64,000 nt of DNA from an uncultured Rivularia sp. (GTDB lineage Bacteria; Cyanobacteriota; Cyanobacteriia; Cyanobacteriales; Nostocaceae). Location: contig OY762007.1 of the NCBI GenBank assembly GCA_963665115.1, positions 7,584,001 to 7,648,000 on the forward strand, written 5' to 3'. Of this stretch, positions 61,346 to 64,000 are shown piece by piece. Made by a program: the position numbers and the translations under genes. Every line of letters begins with the position of its first letter. Position 1 is the first letter of the stretch. Below the pieces are notes generated by a model. The model did no database searches and was not told the DNA's origin. It saw only the letters and a program-made list of their open reading frames with translations.

Positions 61346-62146
61346 TCATCGCCGATTTTGACAGCGATTAAATCCGTCTGTAGCTAGATTATCGTATTTA
61401 TCGGTTAAACATAATTCTCGGATTTCGTAAATTTCTAATTCATCGCTACGGGTTGTATAAATTGCGTTTTGTAAGTCTGTAAGATTTTGTGTAATAGGGT
61501 AGTCAAAACTATCTACGGCTTGTACGAAAATATCTTTATTAAAAGGTATAATTATTTTATTATTCTCACCACGCTTTTGAACCAGATTTGCGACTATTCC
61601 TACTTTCCATTTGCCAGGTTCAATCTGTTGCGGGGGATAGATTCTAGTAATATTTAATTCTGCTAAAATTGCTCGCTCGGAATTAGCTGAAAATACCTCT
61701 GGTGGCGTTAATTCTGCTACCGTACTTAAAAAACTCTTGCGAAAATCTTCCGACAAGCCAAAGCTTGATATCCAACTACTTGTAGTAACTTTTTTACTTC
61801 CACTCCGAGGTGTTTTAATTGATATTCCTAAATCTTTTTCTGGGTTAGTAGCTTGATTTATATTTTGCGCTGGTAATTTCCCCGACCAGTTAAACATTGA
61901 TATCATTGTTTTACTCACGAATTTCTCAATCGCTTCGGGTTTTCGCTGTAATTCATCTCTGTTACTTACAGGTTTTCCATCAACTAACTGCACGAAAGTA
62001 GGAGGTTTTGTCACACTTAATTGCCGAATTGTCAACCCTTGGATAATTAATATTAGTAAAGTTAATAAATGTAAACCGAAAGTCGCAACAGCTAAGGTAA
62101 CAAACAGATTTCCTTTTCGTTTTCGTTTTTCTAGTAAACGTACCAT
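61346..62146 (-). CDS. Bitopic membrane protein, VirB8/TcpC-like, of T4SS-like cluster
   Basis: N-terminal TM, FVQLVDG, I..FV..TM..MFNWSG, G.WKV, FNK.I.V. Confidence 0.55.
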   Translation of the reverse strand: MVRLLEKRKRKGNLFVTLAVATFGLHLLTLLILIIQGLTIRQLSVTKPPTFVQLVDGKPVSNRDELQRKPEAIEKFVSKTMISMFNWSGKLPAQNINQATNPEKDLGISIKTPRSGSKKVTTSSWISSFGLSEDFRKSFLSTVAELTPPEVFSANSERAILAELNITRIYPPQQIEPGKWKVGIVANLVQKRGENNKIIIPFNKDIFVQAVDSFDYPITQNLTDLQNAIYTTRSDELEIYEIRELCLTDKYDNLATDGFNRCQNRR

Positions 62147-62323
62147 GAGCGGAATTTTTGATTTTGGATTAAAAATTGTAGAGACGTAGCACTGCTACGT
62201 CTATTGTTGAGTTAAGAGTTATAAATTTGAAGAGCAATGTTTATTTTAAAAATTGTTTTTCATCAAGTTACAACGATCTAATCAATTCATAACTCCTAAC
62301 TCCTAACTCCTAACTCCTAACTG

Positions 62324-63358
62324 TTAACTGCTCACTGATTTCACCCAAGAAGCGGTATTGCTGATGGCGTTAAATACTGCAAATCCTCCTGCTCCTGCTG
62401 TTATTAAGGATAAAATTGGGGCTAGAATTCCCAGGAAGATAATAAACCACATTAAATCGGGGTTGGTGTTGGGATTTTGCGCTGGACCATTAACGATTAC
62501 TGCTGCTGTTAATATGGCAATAATATTGAAGGAAATTTTGGCAATTCCTAACGAGAAAAACCCTGTCAACCATGCAAAAACAGGTTTACCTGCTACTGGT
62601 AACAACGAACCACCTACCGCTAATGGTCCTAAAGCTGCTATCAGTAACATTGTAGCTTCTATCAAGTTCTGAAAAGCTGATTGCAGGGAAATTAAAAAGT
62701 TTTTTATAGTAATTTGAGCGGTGGAACCAATTAATGAATTAAAAGCTTCCTCCGATAAAACACCAGTTCCTAAAGTAATTTGATTTACCTGGTTTTCTAA
62801 TCGATTTATCCAAGGGCGATCGCCATATAAGTTTCGATATTCTTCCCATAAGATATCAATTTTTTCTGTTGCTTTGACAAAACACTGTCTTTGTTGTTCT
62901 CCATTCAGAGATTGACAGGGACGTAAAAAAGAACCTACCACGTCTTCGGCAATACTCATATTAATTGCTTGCTGGTAAGTTTGATTCACATCTGCTGATT
63001 CTACAACTTGTTCGTTGATGCTATTAACAAAATTTCGTACCCCTAAAGTTAAATTTGATAATACGGTTCCATTTCCGGTATTGGCTAAAAATAACACTAC
63101 AATAAAAGGCCAAATCAAACCCGATATCGGACGCGAATAATCATTGTTTATAGTATCTTTTAACCATTGCATCATAAAAATTAATAGAGTACCAACGGCA
63201 AAAAAGACACCGAAATTTGTTAAGGCTCCATATAAATTATTATCGGTGTTATTTTGCAACAAATCTACCCATTGCTTATCCCAGCCTTCGGCAATACTTT
63301 GGGCAGTCGTCGCACCGTCATTTAAAATTTCGTTGATACCAAGTTGTGCTAATAGCAT
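62324..63358 (-). CDS. Polytopic membrane protein, VirB6/TrbL-like
   Basis: About 5-6 TM segments with a central loop containing a C-x10-C pair; L..A.GPLA...SLLP...W..GF pattern. Confidence 0.55.
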   Translation of the reverse strand: MLLAQLGINEILNDGATTAQSIAEGWDKQWVDLLQNNTDNNLYGALTNFGVFFAVGTLLIFMMQWLKDTINNDYSRPISGLIWPFIVVLFLANTGNGTVLSNLTLGVRNFVNSINEQVVESADVNQTYQQAINMSIAEDVVGSFLRPCQSLNGEQQRQCFVKATEKIDILWEEYRNLYGDRPWINRLENQVNQITLGTGVLSEEAFNSLIGSTAQITIKNFLISLQSAFQNLIEATMLLIAALGPLAVGGSLLPVAGKPVFAWLTGFFSLGIAKISFNIIAILTAAVIVNGPAQNPNTNPDLMWFIIFLGILAPILSLITAGAGGFAVFNAISNTASWVKSVSS

Positions 63359-63386
63359 TTCGATATTTTGAATTTTAGATTTTTTT

Positions 63387-63530
63387 CTCGTTACAAGGTT
63401 CTACCTTGTAATTTCTCGTTTTCTCGTTACAAGGTTCTACCTTGTAATGCATTTAAGAAGGCTCTGCCTTCTGTCAATCCTGGAGGCAGAGCCTCCTTAT
63501 ATGCATTTCCAGGCAGAGCCTGGAAACGAG
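63387..63530. repeat. Cluster of REP-like hairpins (BIME-like)
   Basis: CTCGTTACAAGGTTCTACCTTGTAAT twice, GGAGGCAGAGCCTCC and TTTCCAGGCAGAGCCTGGAAACGAG. Confidence 0.7.
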
Positions 63531-63557
63531 TTAAAACTCCTCACTCCTAATTCCTAA

Positions 63558-64000
63558 CTACTTCCTTCTTCCGATTAAATCAACTTGAGAAGTTGTTCTT
63601 AAAAGTCTTGCTGCTTCTGCGGATGCGTTGACTCTTCTAGCACGATTTGATTCTTCAATTTCTTGGGAAATATTGGCTAAATTCAAATTAGAATATTGTA
63701 AGGTTTGATGTAATTGCATTGTTTGAGCTAAATTCGCTCCAATCATGTTTGATTGTTCGCTTTCTATTTGAATGCTTTGTAATTGCAATCTAATTAATTC
63801 TGATTGGCTTTGATTTAATACAGAACCTGCTGGATTAAGATTGCTACCTAATTCTATAATTTCATCTAATAAATTGCTCGATCTTTCTCGCGCATCTTGA
63901 GCTATTTTAGTTGTATTATCAAGAGAATTTTCTATATTTTCAAGTTTGTTTCTTGAGCGTATTTGTGCTTCTTCGCCTAAAATACCTACAGCAATTCCAC
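63558..64000 (-). CDS. Helical/coiled-coil protein of T4SS-like cluster (VirB5/TrbJ-like position), 5'-partial
   Basis: Frame is open from the window edge (GIAVGILGEEAQIRS...) through NLNLANISQEIEESNRARR; the ORF track shows only the last 76 aa. Confidence 0.6.
   Translation of the reverse strand, partial: GIAVGILGEEAQIRSRNKLENIENSLDNTTKIAQDARERSSNLLDEIIELGSNLNPAGSVLNQSQSELIRLQLQSIQIESEQSNMIGANLAQTMQLHQTLQYSNLNLANISQEIEESNRARRVNASAEAARLLRTTSQVDLIGRRK

Noticed and set aside
1456..63550. Numerous 60-136 aa ORFs overlapping larger genes on the opposite strand or in another frame (e.g. 2051..2263, 23359..23691, 47804..48214, 55504..55887, 63368..63550)
   Set aside because: Shadow ORFs of well-supported genes or of repeats, with no recognisable motifs.
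1..64000. tRNA, rRNA, prophage or intact transposase genes
   Set aside because: None recognisable by eye in any spacer or ORF; tRNAscan-SE and cmscan were not run.

Overview
This 64 kb AT-rich chromosomal window comes from a filamentous, most likely heterocyst-forming (Nostocales-type) cyanobacterium, judged from frequent HIP1 octamers (GCGATCGC), heptamer STRR tandem repeats, psaK and the ado-aar locus. From left to right it holds: three tandem Ser/Thr kinase-WD40 genes; a YbjN-like gene and a lipoate ligase; three tandem membrane Ser/Thr kinases; esterase, HD, GNAT and K+ channel genes; a dispersed cobalamin cluster (cobI, cobH, cbiET, cobK, cbiD, DUF1636) interrupted by accessory genes; an M50 protease, psaK and trpF; the folE-SDR-accA-aar-ado alkane locus; a MITE-rich segment; adenylate cyclase cyaB2; an APC permease/lipoprotein pair; a Rieske oxygenase; recN with a LexA box; an ABC1 kinase, gyrA and lnt; and the 3' part of a chromosomal type IV secretion (MPF_C-like) gene cluster that runs off the window. 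Six genes, including accA and recN, are each split by one extra base in a G(G/A)CCCC context, most likely a systematic sequencing error. The best candidates for undescribed biology are the apparently domesticated T4SS cluster with no coupling protein downstream, the two modular kinase arrays with a conserved J-box-like upstream motif, the permease/lipoprotein pair, a three-way-junction RNA upstream of aar, and nested small mobile repeats, one of which is translated inside Lnt. All family assignments are from motif recognition; no database search was run.
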